From: Chiloscyllium plagiosum
Taxonomy: Eukaryota
Length of the DNA stretch: 64,000 nt
Assembly: GCF_004010195.1 (NCBI RefSeq)
Contig: NC_057749.1
Span: 10,650,409 to 10,714,408, forward strand
Direction of reading: 5' to 3'
Below are positions 25,509 through 39,624 of the stretch, piece by piece (positions within the stretch are counted from its first letter, which is position 1; each line of letters begins with the position of its first letter). The notes below the pieces were generated by a model that saw nothing but the letters and a program-made list of their open reading frames with translations, had not been told where the DNA came from and did no database searches. The translations under genes were made by a program, and so were the position numbers.

Positions 25509-26049
25509 CCCATAGATATTTTCATTCGCATAGTGTCTTTCATGACCTTAATTCAACCTCAAGTGTTTTAAAGCAAATGAAATCTTTTGGAAATGCTGTC
25601 CCTGGAATAATACAAAGAAACAAGCAACTGAGTGATGCACATCAGGCTCCCACTAACAGCAATGTAATAATGATCATGTAATCTGCCTCTTTTAGCATCA
25701 CTACTTGAGGGATTATATTGAGCCAGGACATGTTGAATTAATTCGTTTGCTCTTCTTTAAAGTGTTAGGATGTGTTACATCCACCCAATAGGTTCTCAGT
25801 AGAAAGAGTTCCTCACCAAAAGCACTGAGATCTACCCAGCATTTTCCAGCTGTTATTGCAAGACACAAACAAGGTACAAGAATAGCCCATGCAGCCCTTT
25901 GGATCTGCCCCACCATTCAGTAAGACCATTGCAGATCTGATTGTAATTTCAAGTCCACTGTCCTGATAACCTTTCACCCAATTGTTTACCAAGTATCTGT
26001 CCATCTCTGCCTTAAAAATATAGAAAGACTCTTCTTCCATCACCTGTTA

Positions 26050-26606
26050 TAGGGTCATAGAGTCATACAGCATGGAAACAGACCCTTCAGTCCAACTAGT
26101 CCATGCAGACAATTATCCCAAACTAAACTAATCCTGCCTGCCTGCTCCTGGCCCATATCCCTCCAAACCTTGCCTATTCATGTACTTAGCTAAATGCCTT
26201 TTCAACATTGCAATTGCACCCGCATCCACCGCTTCCTCTGGAAGTTCATTCCACACACGAACCACTCCCTGCATAAAACATTTGCCCCTCTTGTCTTTTT
26301 TAAACCTCTCTCCTCTCACCTTCAAAATGTGGCCCTTTGTCTTGAAATCCCCCATCCTAGGGAAAAGACACCTGCCATTAATGCTGTCTAAACCCCTCAT
26401 GACCCTATAAACTTCTACAAGGTCACTTCTCAACCTCCTACACTCCAAAGAAAAAAGTCCCAGCTTATCCAGACTTTCTTTATAACTCAAGTGTTCCATA
26501 CCCAGCAACATTCTGGTAAAACTTTTCTGAACCCTTTCTAGCTCAATAATATCCTTCTTATAACTGGGCAACCAGAACTGGACACAATATTCCAGAAGAG
26601 GCCTCA
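26050..26606 (-). mobile_element. CR1/HER1-type LINE 3' fragment
   Basis: ORF 26128..26571(-) KKDIIELERVQK...RRLRSDLVEVY...WNELPEE. Confidence 0.9.
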
Positions 26607-26830
26607 GAATTCTGAAGACGCATGACCCTTGGAGAAAATATTTAGGCTCGTATCTGTTTTAAAAAGCTGACCTTTGATTTTTAAATAGTGACCCCTAGTT
26701 CTAGATTCTACCACAACATCCTCTCTCTATGCCCCATGTCACAACCCCTCAGGTATGTTTCAATCAAGCTGCTTCTTGCTTTGCTAAGTTCCAGGAGATT
26801 CAAGACCAGACTGTCCTCATTAGACGACCT

Positions 26831-27084
26831 TTGAGGAGAAAGTGAGGTCTGCAGATGCTGGAGATCAGAGCTGGAAATGTGTTGCTGGAAAAGCGCAGCA
26901 GGTCAGGCAGCATCCAAGGAGCAGCAGAATCGATGTTTCGGGCATGAGCCCTTCTTCAGGAATGAGCCCTTCTTCTGAAGAAGGGCTCATTCCTGAAGAA
27001 GGGCTCATGCCCGAAACGTCGATTCTCCTGTTCCCTGGATGCTGCCTGACCTGCTGCGCTTTTCCAGCAACACATTTCCAGCTC
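26831..27084. mobile_element. short palindromic PLE-type insertion (family P1) with two outward-facing hammerhead motifs
   Basis: Arms 26868-26975 / 26977-27084; TSD ctcattagacgacct at 26816-26830 and 27082-27096. Confidence 0.9.
26989..27024 (+). ncRNA. minimal hammerhead ribozyme motif (intact core)
   Basis: attc-CTGAAGA-A-GGGC(TCAT)GCCC-GAAAC-GTC-gatt. Confidence 0.75.
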
Positions 27085-27384
27085 ATTAGACGACCTGCCC
27101 ATTTCAGGCATTAACCTGGTAACCCTTCTCTGATTTGTTCTCCATGCATTTATATCCTTCCTTAAATGCAGTAACACCAATACCAGGCTCAGTATTCCAG
27201 ACGTTGTCTCACCAGTGCCTTGTACAACTGAACCCTATGCATTAATTTCCCTCACAATAAACAATAGCTTTTTTTTTTAGTTTTCCTGGATTAAAAAAAA
27301 GAACAGGACTAGTCTGCCCTTAAATTGCCCTTTTGGCAAGTGAAACTCCATTGTTGAAAATGCACAGTCAAAAGAAAAGTTTTT

Positions 27385-29050
27385 TTAAATTCATTTGTGG
27401 GACTTGGGCGTTGCTGGCTGGCCAGCATTGATAGCCCATCCCTATTTGCCCTTGAGAAGGTGGTAGCAAGCTGCCATCTTGAATCGCTACAGTCCACCTG
27501 CTGTGGGTTGACTCACAATACTGGTCGGAAGGGAATTCCAGAATTCCAGGATTTTGACCCAACGACTGACTTTGGTATATTTCCAAGTCAGGTGGTGAAT
27601 GGCTTGGGGGTGAACCTGCAGGTGGTGGTGTTCCCACATACTTGCTGCCCTTGTCCTTCAAGATGGAAATAGGTGTGGGTTTGGAAGGTGCTGTCTAGAG
27701 ATCTTCGGGGATTTTCTGCAGTGTATCTTGTAGATATTACACTGCCGCTACTGAGTGCCAGTAGTGGAGGGATTGAATGTTTGTAGATGTGGTGCCAATC
27801 AAGCAGGTTGCTTTGTCCTGGATGGTGTCAAGCTTCTTGAGTGTTGTTGGGGCTGCACCCATCCAGGCAAGTGGAGAGTATTCCATCACAATCCTGATTT
27901 GTGCCTTGCAGATGGTGAATAGACTTTGGGGTGTCAGGAGGTGAGTTACTTGACTCACCACAGTTCCCTTGTCTCTGACCCACTCTTGTAGCCACTGTGT
28001 TTATGTGGTGAGTCCAGTTGAGTTTCTGATCATTGGTAACGGCAAGGATGTTGACAGTGGGAGATTCAGTAATGGTAATACTGTTAAATATCAAGGGGCA
28101 GTGGTTAGAGTGTCTTTAATGGGTGATGGTCATTGTCTAGAATTTGTGTGGTGTGAATGTTACTTGCCACTTGTCAGCCCAAGCCTGGATATTGTCCAGA
28201 TGTTGTTGCATTTGAGCACAGACTGCTTCAGTATCTGAAGATTTGTGAATGGTGCTGAACACTGTGCAAGCATCAGTGAACATCCCCACTTCTGACCTTA
28301 GGACAGAGGGAAGGTCATTCATGAAGCAGCTGAAGATTGCTGGGCCTTCGACACTACCCTGAGGGACTCCTGCAGAGATGTCCTGGAGCTGAGATGACTG
28401 ATCCTCCACAACTACAACCATCTTTCTTTATGTCAGGTATGATTCTATCCGGCGGCGTGTTTGCCCCCTGATACCCACTGATTCCAGTTTTGCCCGGGCT
28501 CCTTGATACTCTGTCAAATGCGGCCTTGATGACAAGGGCTGTCACTCTCATTTCACCTCTGGAATTCAGCTCTTTTGTCCAAGTTTGAACCAAGGCTGGA
28601 ATGAGATCAGGAGCTGAATGACCCTGGCGACCCAAACTGGGTGTCACCGAGCAGGTTGGTGCTGAGCAGGTGTTGCTTGATAGCACTGTTGATGACCCTT
28701 CCATCTGATGATGGAGAGTAGACTGATTGGGCGGCAACTGGCCGGGTTAGATTTATCCTGCTTTTTGTGTACTGGACATACCTGAGCAGTTTTCCACATT
28801 TGTCGGTAGATGCCAGTGTTATAACTGCACTGGGAAAGCTTGGCGAGGGGAGTGGCCAGTTCTGGAGCACATGTCTTCAGTACTATCACCGGAATGTTAA
28901 CAGGGCCCATTGCCTTTGCAGTATCCAGTGCCTCCAGCCATTTTTTGATATCACGTGGAGTGAATCAAATTGGCTGGAGACTGGTATCTGTGATGCTGGG
29001 GACCATTGGAGGAGCCCGAGATGGATCATCCACTCAGCACTTCTGGCTGG
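27385..29050 (-). mobile_element. LINE of the CR1/L2 group (family B), 3' ~1.65 kb, decayed RT
   Basis: VLKTCAPELATPLAKL, WKTAQVCPVHKK, RPISLLS, GVPQGS...MNDLP, MEYSPLAW in broken frames. Confidence 0.85.
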
Positions 29051-31321
29051 AAGCTTGACTCTCATTGCATTTTAGATTTATTTTAAATTTAGCTTTCACG
29101 AGGAATTTATTCCAAATGGCATTGCTGAATGAAATGCTCAGTTCAGTTGATGACTATTGTAATTTTCACTTTACTAAAAGAACCAGCACCAACCAGGGGA
29201 CATTCTCCAGCTGCGTTTTATTTTTGGCCAGTGATTCATTGCCACATTACACCAGGTGGTTGCCAAGATGTAGCAAACATTCTCTTATTCTCTCTGCTGG
29301 CCAGAATGTTGTGGCCTGGGGACATTAATCATATCACATAAATTTGGAACAGGAGAAATTAACTTGTGAGATAATTAACACTTAGGCGAGGTAGAAAAGG
29401 ATAGAAGCTCATGTTTATAGGGTAGGTAAGGTGGGAGGAGATGCTTTTGGAGTATAAATAACAGCAAAAACCAGTTAAATGGCCAGTCTCTGAGTATTAA
29501 ATACTATGTAATTATCAGTGAGGGTGGATTGCAAAACCGTGCAGTGCAAATGAGGGGAAAGTAATGTGGGTGAAAACGAATCTTAAAAATTAAGAAGCTA
29601 AAAGGCATTTTCTTTTTCACATCAAAACTTTTGAACCCTGTGGGTAGCCTGTATGAAACTTCCACTCAGTCCAGGGAGAGCTGACTTAGCAGCAGCGGTT
29701 CTGCTTAATCAGGCATCTTTCTAACCTCATTCCATCCCCTCACATTTCAAGACTCAAAATAATATATGCAGAAGGGTTCTTAACCATTAGCACCTCAGAT
29801 CTACCCCGGGGACTGGCTTTGAAATGATGCCTCATGCACTAGGACAGATGACACTCCGGAAGGTCATTATTGAACCTCCATCCAGCTCAATGCATAACCA
29901 ATATATCAGCGTTGATCTTGCATATTCAGATAATCCCTTGGGAGCTAGTTACCTATGCTATCCATCTACTGAAATCCCTGATGGCTCACGACAATGACGG
30001 CATCTTTTTCCTTCAACATATACAACAACCAGGGAATGAAGAGGCTAACTCAGGACTCTCAGTGTGATTTGCTTTAGATGGTCTTTACCCCGACCAGTAA
30101 TCAGTCATCCTTTGGTTCCCCCTTCTTACACCTTAAAGAATATCCCTCGCAAAAAGGTCCATTATTATTTACCAGGAAGAAGAAAGATTGTTCCCAGGCT
30201 CATTCAATCTGTCATAAAGAAGGCATTTTGCAAAAACTTCCTAACTTATGTTTCCTCTAGACCCTCAGTTAACTAATCTGAATGATGTCGGGTAGGAGGC
30301 GAGATTTACTTAATATCTTGTACACAAATGAAGCAAGTGTTCTTTTTAGCTGCTTTGTATGCTGGTGTAGGAATTGATTTAGGTCTGGGTGGACAGTGTG
30401 GCAAAATTCCTGTGTCTGTCCCCTCAATACTATCACACCACCCAAACAATTAGACAGGGAATAGTAAGCAGATCATGTTAACAAGGTGTGGCTGCAATCA
30501 GAATAAGGTATGGCACGTTGAGGAAGGTAACCTTTCCAATTAGTTTTAAACTCTATCCTATTCACCAAGGTCATCAACTTCCCTTCCCACAATGTGGCCT
30601 CTGTATGTTCCTACTTAGTCCTGTTTCCACCAAACCTCATTCACATCTTAACTAATGCCCATCATTAGAACATCATGGGTCAAACCTTTTGAAAGCAAGA
30701 AAAAATTCACACACCTGCAACCTGTTCCAAGGAATGTCTCTTTCATCACTTTCCTAACTTCACCTGACTGAGAGGCATGTGATTTCTAGTAAATCTGTTG
30801 GACTATAACCTGGTGTCATGTGACTTCTGACTTTGCCCACCCCAGTCCAACACTTGCACCTTTACATTATCATGAAACTAAGGCAGCCATATCCCATCTT
30901 TGGCCTCCTGTTGTATTCTGTCTCTCCAACGCTGTCTCAGCCCTACTCAGCCATACTCCAAGTACCATCCAACTTTGTTCCTCTCTCTTTCCACACGCTT
31001 AAGAGGCTTCTCCAGAACATGTTCCTTCAACCAAACTCTGCGTCAGCATCCCTCACTGTCCCAGAGATCCAGCATTCATATCTGTGATGCTTTGCACATC
31101 TGGCAACACTTTTTCACATAATGCTTAGCTGCTCCTCTACTAGTGTCTAGCTATCTCACCGAACACAATCGCATGACAAAAAACAATCACATTATTGTTC
31201 AATGCGTTGTTTTTTTCAATGAATCTTGAGGTGAGGAAATGGCTGCTCCTTTTACCTACATAAAACCAATCACCCCCCTTCAAAACCCTTCCTTTGATGG
31301 TGTTTCTATAGCGAGATAGCA

Positions 31322-31659
31322 ATCATAAAATCCCGGCAGTGTGGAAGCAGGCCATTCAGCCCTTTGAGTCCACACTGGCCTGCTAAAGGGCATCCCTGTA
31401 ACCTTTCATTTCCCATGGCTAACCCATCTAGCCTGCACACTATAAGCAATTTAGCATTGCCAATCCACCCTAACCTGCACATCCCTGACACTATGGGTAA
31501 TTTAGCATTGCCAATCCACCCCTACCTTTGGGCTGTGGGAGAAAACCCAAGCAGACACAGGAGAGATGCACAAACTCCACACAGTCGCCAAGGCTGAAAT
31601 CGAACCCAGGACCCCAGCACTCCGAAGCAGCAGTACTAACCACTGAGCCACCATGGCAC
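31322..31659 (-). mobile_element. HE1 SINE
   Basis: Reverse-complement HE1 with internal ~50-bp duplication. Confidence 0.8.
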
Positions 31660-33429
31660 CAAGGTGCGATGCAAAAAAAAAAATCCATAAGTAGCTCATC
31701 AGCTATCTAGTGAATCGATATTTTTGGGGTTCTCCCACTGTCAGAGAATTCACGTGGACCAGTGCACATAGGGCATTGATGTAGTGCAACATCAGCCAGG
31801 GACAGCTGTATTGATGAGGTTTGGATTTAATAACAGATTCTCAAACAGTGACCGCTGCATACATTAAATTATATACGAGGCTGATCATCAAGGAAACAAA
31901 TTACGGTCCCATAAAACAGGGCCACAACAATCATCCAAAAATAAATACCCCGGTAGTTTAGTGCTTGGCTGAAACTGTTAATTTACTTTGGCAAGCAGCT
32001 GTAATAAAATGAATTAATTCTGCACCAAGTTGTACCCTTGTGAATAATGTATCACACGCACAGTCTTTCGATATGACCCATGGGCAATTACTCATAAGTA
32101 CCACCAATGTGGACTCCTCAGCAACCAAACCCCAAGGCGCCAACAGAATATCAATAAAATCTCCATATCATTATGCTTTATACCAACTCATCTCAATGCA
32201 TAGTATTTTACCACAAGGACACACTGAAGTGAAATGAAGTTCAATAGAAGACATTCCGATGAGAAACTAAAATGATTTGATGTTAAGCGGCTTTGCACGC
32301 ATTATGTCCATTGGAAACTCTTCTCTCTTTTTTTTAACAAGGTTATTAAAATATTTACTTTATCTTCTTCTTGAACAGATGAATATTCCAGCAGAATTTC
32401 TCACACATAATTTCTGGAACTCATTGGGAGAGCCTATGATATAATAAAGAGTCTTATCTTTTAACCAAGAAACTCCAGGTTCACCTCCCACCCCAAGAAT
32501 TTATGGCAATGTGAAGCTATGTTCATAATGTGGGGAAACAGGGTGAGCATCCTGCACACTCGTGTAGGGTTTTCTACTCAGTCAGGCTATAATAAAGCTA
32601 CAGTCTCTGGTGATAGACTGAACTGACAACCTATTACAGGCGGTTAAAAAAATACTAGCCAGGGAATTAGATATACACCCGTGTTCTGATAGCCTCATGC
32701 TCCACTAGGTATGAGAGGAAGAGATTTTATGTCAAATACAATCTCAGAGCCTGCATTGTTCATCAAATACTGTTCAAAATCAAAATATGCATCAGAATCA
32801 TGACCATAATGTGCTCCCCTTACATTACAAGCAACCCTATTTAGCCCCAGAAAATTCATTTGTGGAAATTAGGAGCCATTGGAGGCCATCCAAGCCTGCT
32901 CCACCATTTCAATATGATCGTGACTGATCCCTCCATTTTCCTGCTTTCACTCCATATTCCTTTTGATGCCTTTCACATCTAAAAATGTATCAGTCTCTTT
33001 CTTGAACTTATTCAGTGGCTCAGCCTCCACAGCTTTCTGAAGGAGAGAATTCCAGGATCTTTTGAGTGAAGAAATATTTCCTGATATCAGCCTTAAACAG
33101 TCTCAGGATCTGGGGGAGACGGTGTCTCCTGGCTTTGGAGTTCCCAATCAGGGGAAACATGCTCACTGCATTTCATCTAGCTAGTTCTGATGGAATTTCA
33201 TACGTTTCAATCAGAAGCCCCTCTAATCCTTTAAATGCCAGTGAATCCAGGCCAATTTCTCCTAATAGGAGAGTTTTGTCATCCCTGGTATCAGCCTGGT
33301 GAATCTCTGCTGCACGCTCTCGAACAGCATAAGTTTCTTTCTATGTCATTACCACACTTTCATGTCAAGGAGATACAGCAACAAGTGGGTTCTCCTTCAA
33401 TGGACTGTCTGACACAAACTATTGTTCTT

Positions 33430-34055
33430 AGAGTCATAGAGACATAAAGATATATCACATGGAAACAGATCCTTCAGTCCAACTCATCTATGCCAACCAG
33501 ATATCCTAACATAATTGAGTCCCATTTGCTAGCTCTTAGCCCATACCCCTCCTAAACCTTTCCTATTCATATACCCATCCAGATGCCTTTTAAATGCTGT
33601 TATTGTACCAGCCTCCACCACATCCTCTGGCAGCTTATTCCATACACAAACGACCTTCTGTGTGAAAAATTGCCCCTTAGATCCGTTTTATATTTTTCCT
33701 CTCTCACCCTAAACCTATGCCCTCTAGTTCGGGACTCCCCCACCCCAGGGAAAAGACCTTGTCTATTTATCCTATCCATGCCCCTCATGATTTTATAAAC
33801 CTTTTGTAAGGTCACCCCTCAGCCTCCAATGCTCCAGGGAAAACAGCTCCAGCCTATTCAGCCTCTCTCTACAAGCCTCACAACCCTGGCAACATCCTTG
33901 CAAATCTTTTCTGAACCCTTTCAAGTTTCACAAATCCTTCCAATAGGAAGGAAACCAGAATTGCACACAACATTCCAAAAGTGGCCTAACCAATGTCCTG
34001 TACAGTCGCAACATGACCTCACAACCTCTATATTCAATGCTATGTCCAATAACTG
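33430..34055 (-). mobile_element. CR1/HER1-type LINE 3' fragment
   Basis: KVYKIMRGMDRIN...TRGHRFRV remnant. Confidence 0.85.
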
Positions 34056-34246
34056 AATGCCTTCTTCTCAGAAGGTACTACAATTCATTATGTTCATACA
34101 AAAGCCAAGTGTCATTTAACTAATTAAATCAGGTCTCTTTTTATATTCAGTTTTAAGGAGTGTAGCATCATCCATTTTTCACCCATCCTTAACTGTCCTG
34201 AAGACATTGACAATTAACCTGTCTTCTTGAACCACACCCGTCTACG

Positions 34247-35030
34247 TGGTGGAGGTGCCGGTGTTGGACTGGGATGGAAAAAGCTAAAAATCACACAAAA
34301 CCAGGTTATAGCCCAAAAGGTTTATTTAGAATTACAAGTTTTGAGAGCGCTGCTCCTTCGTCAGGTAGCTAGTAGGGCAGGATACATAGGACACAGAATT
34401 TATCGTAAAAGGTCAAAAGTGTCACACAACTGATGCGATGTATTGAAAAAACCTAGATTGCTCTTAAGACTTTAATCACTTAAAATGGGGTAGCAGGTTT
34501 CGATTAATAATATGTAAATCCCAGAACTTCTTTCAAGTCACATTCACGATATACTGTGGGCGGCACGGTGGCTAGCACTGCTGCCTCACAGCGCCAGAGA
34601 CCCGGGTTCAACTCCCGCCTCAGGCAACTGTCTGTGTGGAGTTTGCACATTCTCCCTGTGTCTGCATGGGTTTCCTCCGGGTGCCCCGGTTTCCTCCCAC
34701 AGTCCAAAAATGTGCAGGTTAGGTGAATTGGCCATGCTAAATTGCCTGTAGTGTTAGGTGAAGGGGTAAATGTAGAGGAATGGGTCTGGGTGGGTTGCTC
34801 TTCGGAGGGTCGGTGTGGACTTGTTGGGCCGAAAGGCCTGTTTACACACTAAGTAATCTAATCATCACTTCAGGTTTTATGAAAATAGGTGACATCTCAG
34901 CTCACATAACGTATTGTTAATCAAAACCTGTGTGACACTTTGATCTTTTACTATAAATTCTGTGCCCTATGATCCTACCCCATCACCTACCTGACAAAGG
35001 AGCCGTGTTCTGAAAACTTGTACTCCAAAA
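34247..35030. mobile_element. longer P2-family PLE-type element with inverted arms, interrupted by HE1
   Basis: Arm ~34330-34427 is inverted at ~34930-35030; degenerate hammerhead cores; HE1 at 34558-34864. Confidence 0.7.
34558..34864 (+). mobile_element. HE1 SINE (young)
   Basis: gggcggcacggtgg...gggttcaactcccg..., CpG-retaining. Confidence 0.9.
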
Positions 35031-36694
35031 GTTTGGAAGGTGCTGTCAAAAGATCGGAAGGTGATTCTGAAAATTACAAACTGCGATCGTTCTCCATTCT
35101 GTGCTCCAGCTGGAGGCTGAACAAAAAGGAGGAGAAAGTTTAATAATCAGAACTCACTCCAATCAGCTCATTAAACAGCAACCAGAGGGGGGGGGAGGAA
35201 CACACAGGACCAGACACTTTGGTTGAAAAACACTGCACGGAGGGGAAAATAGAAAATAACTTCAAAATAAAAGGTGGAAATGAAAAGGAAATGCAGATAA
35301 CGAAGCAGATTCACATTTTGGGAAGCACAAGTTTGGCATCAGCTCACCTGACTTTTCCTCTCTTGCCTATTAACTGAGTTGAATTTGAACGACTCAATGA
35401 TCTAGGCTCTGATCTCCAAGGGGATCTCCGAAGGGTGAGGGTTCAGGCCCCACTCAAGCACAAAACCCTTGGCCAATGTTCCCAGTTCAGTGCAATCCAA
35501 TGTTTTCAGATATACTGCTTTTCAAATGAAGGGTTCATTTAAGAGTCAATCTGCCTTTTCATGTGCATGTTAATGATCGCATGCTATCTTTGCCATTATT
35601 CATCTCCTCATCAACATTCTTAAACAACAATATGCATTTCTATAGTGCCATTAATGCAGCAAATTGCCTCAATCCAATTAATAACAAAACTATTAAAACG
35701 ATAAAAATTTGACACCACAATATACAAGATATTTGGATAGATGATCAAAGGTTTGGTTTAAGGGGTAGGTTTTATGGAGCATTTTAAAAGAGAGGAGGGA
35801 CCCAAAAGAAATTATGAGAGTTTAATGCCAAGGTAAATGAAAGTCCAGCCACCAATGACAGTATCATGCAAAGAGGGGGAACTATAAGATGCAGAATCAG
35901 AGACTAGACGTCAGTGCATCCCAAAGGGGGCAGGATCCCCACTGCGGTTGCAAGCTGAGATTTGGGAGTCATCATCTCCTTGGCAACAACAGCTGGTGCA
36001 GAGCTCACACAGCCCCCAATCCCTCCCCCACCGCTCCCTTCCAAACCTCCTCAACCTTCCTTCAACCCTCCTCTCCACTCCAACCCTCCCCAACCTCCCC
36101 NNNNNNNNNNNNNNNNNNNNNNNNNNNNNNNNNNNNNNNNNNNNNNNNNNNNNNNNNNNNNNNNNNNNNNNNNNNNNNNNNNNNNNNNNNNNNNNNNNNN
36201 NNNNNNNNNNNTCCATCAACCCTCTTCTCTGACCTTCCCCCCAACACTCCTGCAACCCTTCCCTCCCCTACTCCTCAAAAACCTCCCCCTTCTCTCCCTT
36301 CCCCAGGGACCCTCCTCCCATCCCCATCTTCTCAGGTCTACTCTTCCCCTGCAGCTTGCTATCAAAATTCTTCCATTACATTTCCCATCCAGTACCCCAT
36401 ACCCCACAAACTGCTCTCAGTGTTCTCACTGCAGGGTCTCAACAGTCTTCGAGCCTGGAATGGGGTCACTGTGGGAAAAACTTTATGAAGTGCTGCTATA
36501 TGAAGGCAGCCTGGTCATTATCACGTTGCTGTGGGAGGGACTTGCTGTGCATAAACTAATCACTGTGTTTCTGCCGTTACAACAGAGACAATCTGTCAGA
36601 AAGGAACAGAGCTTTGGGATGTCTTGCAGTTGCAAAAGGCGCTATACAAATGCACATCTTTCTTTCCTACTGAAGATATCTTATATCGTATCAT

Positions 36695-37182
36695 GCCTGC
36701 CCTTATTAAGGAAGGATATTGTTAAATTGGAGAGGCTGCAGAAAGGATTTTACTGGGATTGGAGGGTTTGAGCTATAGGAAGAGACTGGAAAGTCCGGGA
36801 TGTTTTTCCCTGGAGTAGGAAGTTGAGGGGTGACCTTATAGAGGTTTATAAAATCATGAGGGGCATAGGTAAGGTGGGTACCAAGGTCTTTTCCCCAGTG
36901 TGGGGGAGTTCAAAACTAATGGGCATCATTTTAAGCTGAGAGGAGAAAGATTTAAAGGGACCTGAGGGACAATTGTTTTTCACACAGAGGGTGGTTCATA
37001 TGTGGAATGAGCTGTCAGAGGAAATGGTAGATGCAGGTACAATTACAATATTTAAAAGACATTTCGACAGGTACATGAATAGCAGATGTTTAGAGGGATA
37101 TGGGCCAATGCAGGCAAATAGGGTGAGATTAGTTTGGGAAACTTGGCATGGATAAGTTGGGATGAAGGGTCTGACTCTATGA
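36695..37182 (+). mobile_element. CR1/HER1-type LINE 3' fragment
   Basis: RKDIVKLERLQK...FFTQRVVHMWNELSEE. Confidence 0.85.
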
Positions 37183-38960
37183 ATGCATTAAAGTCTTGAC
37201 TCTTTTATTAATGAATTCCTGGGAACTTGCAAAACCTACATTTAACTGTCACTTTTTTTTTTCCCATTGCAATGACTTGGTCGATCCACTTGCCAGCCAA
37301 ACAGCTGTCTTTTCTCTGTGGAACACTGTTGTGATCGTTTGAAATTTGGCATTCTTGCATTTGTCCTGATATATGGGTACATATGGGTAACATGTATCTC
37401 TATTCAGCAACAAATATTTCAGAATTATATTCCAATTGAAGGATATTGTTTGGTTTATTTCATGCAGGGAATGTCACGCACCAGAAATTTTACTCTACAA
37501 TGATTAATTATCTTCAGCTATTTCTATAGTGCTGGATTGCAAGTTCTGACAAGCACTCTTCTGTTATTACTGAATGTCTAGATATAGCACATCACAGGGG
37601 AGTGATTATTCTGTACCACAAGTGTTTGAGAAATATGCTTTTATTGCCCATTGTCAGTTCCTCTGATATAGTTATCCCAATATTGTTTATTGTGCCACTA
37701 GCCTTGGGACTATCAAAAGGACAGCAAATCATTTTATAGCATTATAGACCCTGGACAAAGTATTCATTTTTGTTCATTGCAAGGTGAGACTCCAAGACAC
37801 ACACACACACACACAACATCAAATGAAGCTGCTGTGTTTTTATATTCTGCCTTTGTGTACCTTTGTGATTTTCTTCCTCATTGGGATTTTTGAAGGTGGT
37901 AGTTAATGACCAACGCCAGCATTGAGTGCTGCACAGCCAGAAGTACCCAATTTTATGGATGAGACAGTAAGTCTGTCTATCCTCCCAGTTCACAGGGAGA
38001 GAAAAGAACCTGCGGCGCTGAATTAGAATGAGGTTTATTGTCACATGTACTCAAGTCACAAAAGAACAAGAGTACAGGGAACAGCATACAATGTCACCAA
38101 CACATGGCATCACGTTTGGTACAAAGTACCCAGGTACAAATCTTAGGTACATAAAATAAAGAAAATAAAGAAAACAAAGTCACACTGCATTACACAGTAT
38201 AGGTTAGGATAATAAGAAATAAAGCTAAAATGTTAGACATTACAGTCTTTCTATAAGGACTCCCGTGTGGTCTCATTGAGCTCCACTGGTTCCCAACCAG
38301 TAGCCATCTTCATTCCACAACCACCGGCCACTGTGCCCACTCTGTTCTGGGCCAGTCTGAGGCTGGTTCCTGCTATCTATATCAAATGCAAGTTATACTG
38401 TCAGGGCTATTTGCAAGAATCACAGAAGTAGTGGTTTGTGTCCCTCTCGATGGAGAGATTATTTTTCTATTTGCATGATTAAGAATTAAATAGTAACAAG
38501 CACTTGATCATACAGAACTTAAACATAGCTGAAAGCAGAGATGTGCTGCCAATTATGCTTTTCATGCCTTTTATCCTGCACTTACCAGGACAAACACTAA
38601 ATTTCAAAGGATTGTTACAATTCACTACAGAAGAGAATGATGCTGAACAATCCCAAGTGCACCAATAGATACACTGCCAACTATTTTTAGATAATCAGTT
38701 AAGTTTGTAATGTGCTCTTTCTTCAAGTGACATACAGTCATTTAGAAGGACTTGATCTCTGCAAACAAATGGAATAGGTTAAAGCCTTGATTGTTTTTCT
38801 GAAATCCTAGGAACATGGGGAGCTTAAAGTTCACTGTTGCTTTCTTCTATGACAATGACTCAGTCAAATTACTTTCCAACCAATCAGCACTCTTATCTCC
38901 TGTGGTACAAATTGTTGTGATTATTTGAAATTTTGCATTCTTGCATTTGTCCTGATGAGT

Positions 38961-39624
38961 GTTGTGAAACTTGAAAGGGTTCAAAAAAGATTTATAAGGA
39001 TGCTGCCAGAGTTGGAGGGTTTGAGCTATAGGGAGAGGGTGAATAGGCTGGGGCTATTTTCCCTGGAGTGTTGGAGGCTGAGGGGTAACCTAATGGAGGC
39101 TTATAAAATTATGAGTGGCATGGATAGGATAAATAGACAAAGTCTTTTCCCTGGCATTTGGATGGGTATATGAATAGGAAGGGTTTGGAGGGATATGGGC
39201 CGGATACTGGCAGGTGGGACTAGATTGGGTTGGGATATCTGGTCGGCGTGGACAGGGTCTGTTCCATACTGTATATCTCTATGACTCTATAAGGGGCATG
39301 GACAGGGTGAATAGACAAGGGTAGGGGAATCCAAAACTAGAGGTCATTGGTTTAAGGTGAGAGGGGAAAGATTTAAAAGGAACCTAAGGGACTTGTTCAC
39401 GCAGGAGGTGGTGCATGTATGAAACAAGCTGCCAGAAGAAGTGGTGGAGGCTGGTACAATTGCAGCATTTAAAAGGCATCTGGATAGGTAAATGAATAGG
39501 ATGGGTTTAGAGGGATATGGGCCAAGTGCTGGCAAATGGGACTGGATTAATTTAGGATATCTGGTCAGCATGGATGAGCTGAACCAAAGGGTCTGCTTCC
39601 GTGCTGTAGATCTTTGTGACTCTA
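38961..39624 (+). mobile_element. two nested CR1/HER1-type LINE 3' fragments
   Basis: Two 3' tails (atgactctat at ~39290; gtgactctac at ~39624). Confidence 0.8.

Noticed and set aside
35889..36771. Proline-rich ORFs
   Set aside because: C-rich low-complexity sequence spanning an assembly gap (36101-36211).
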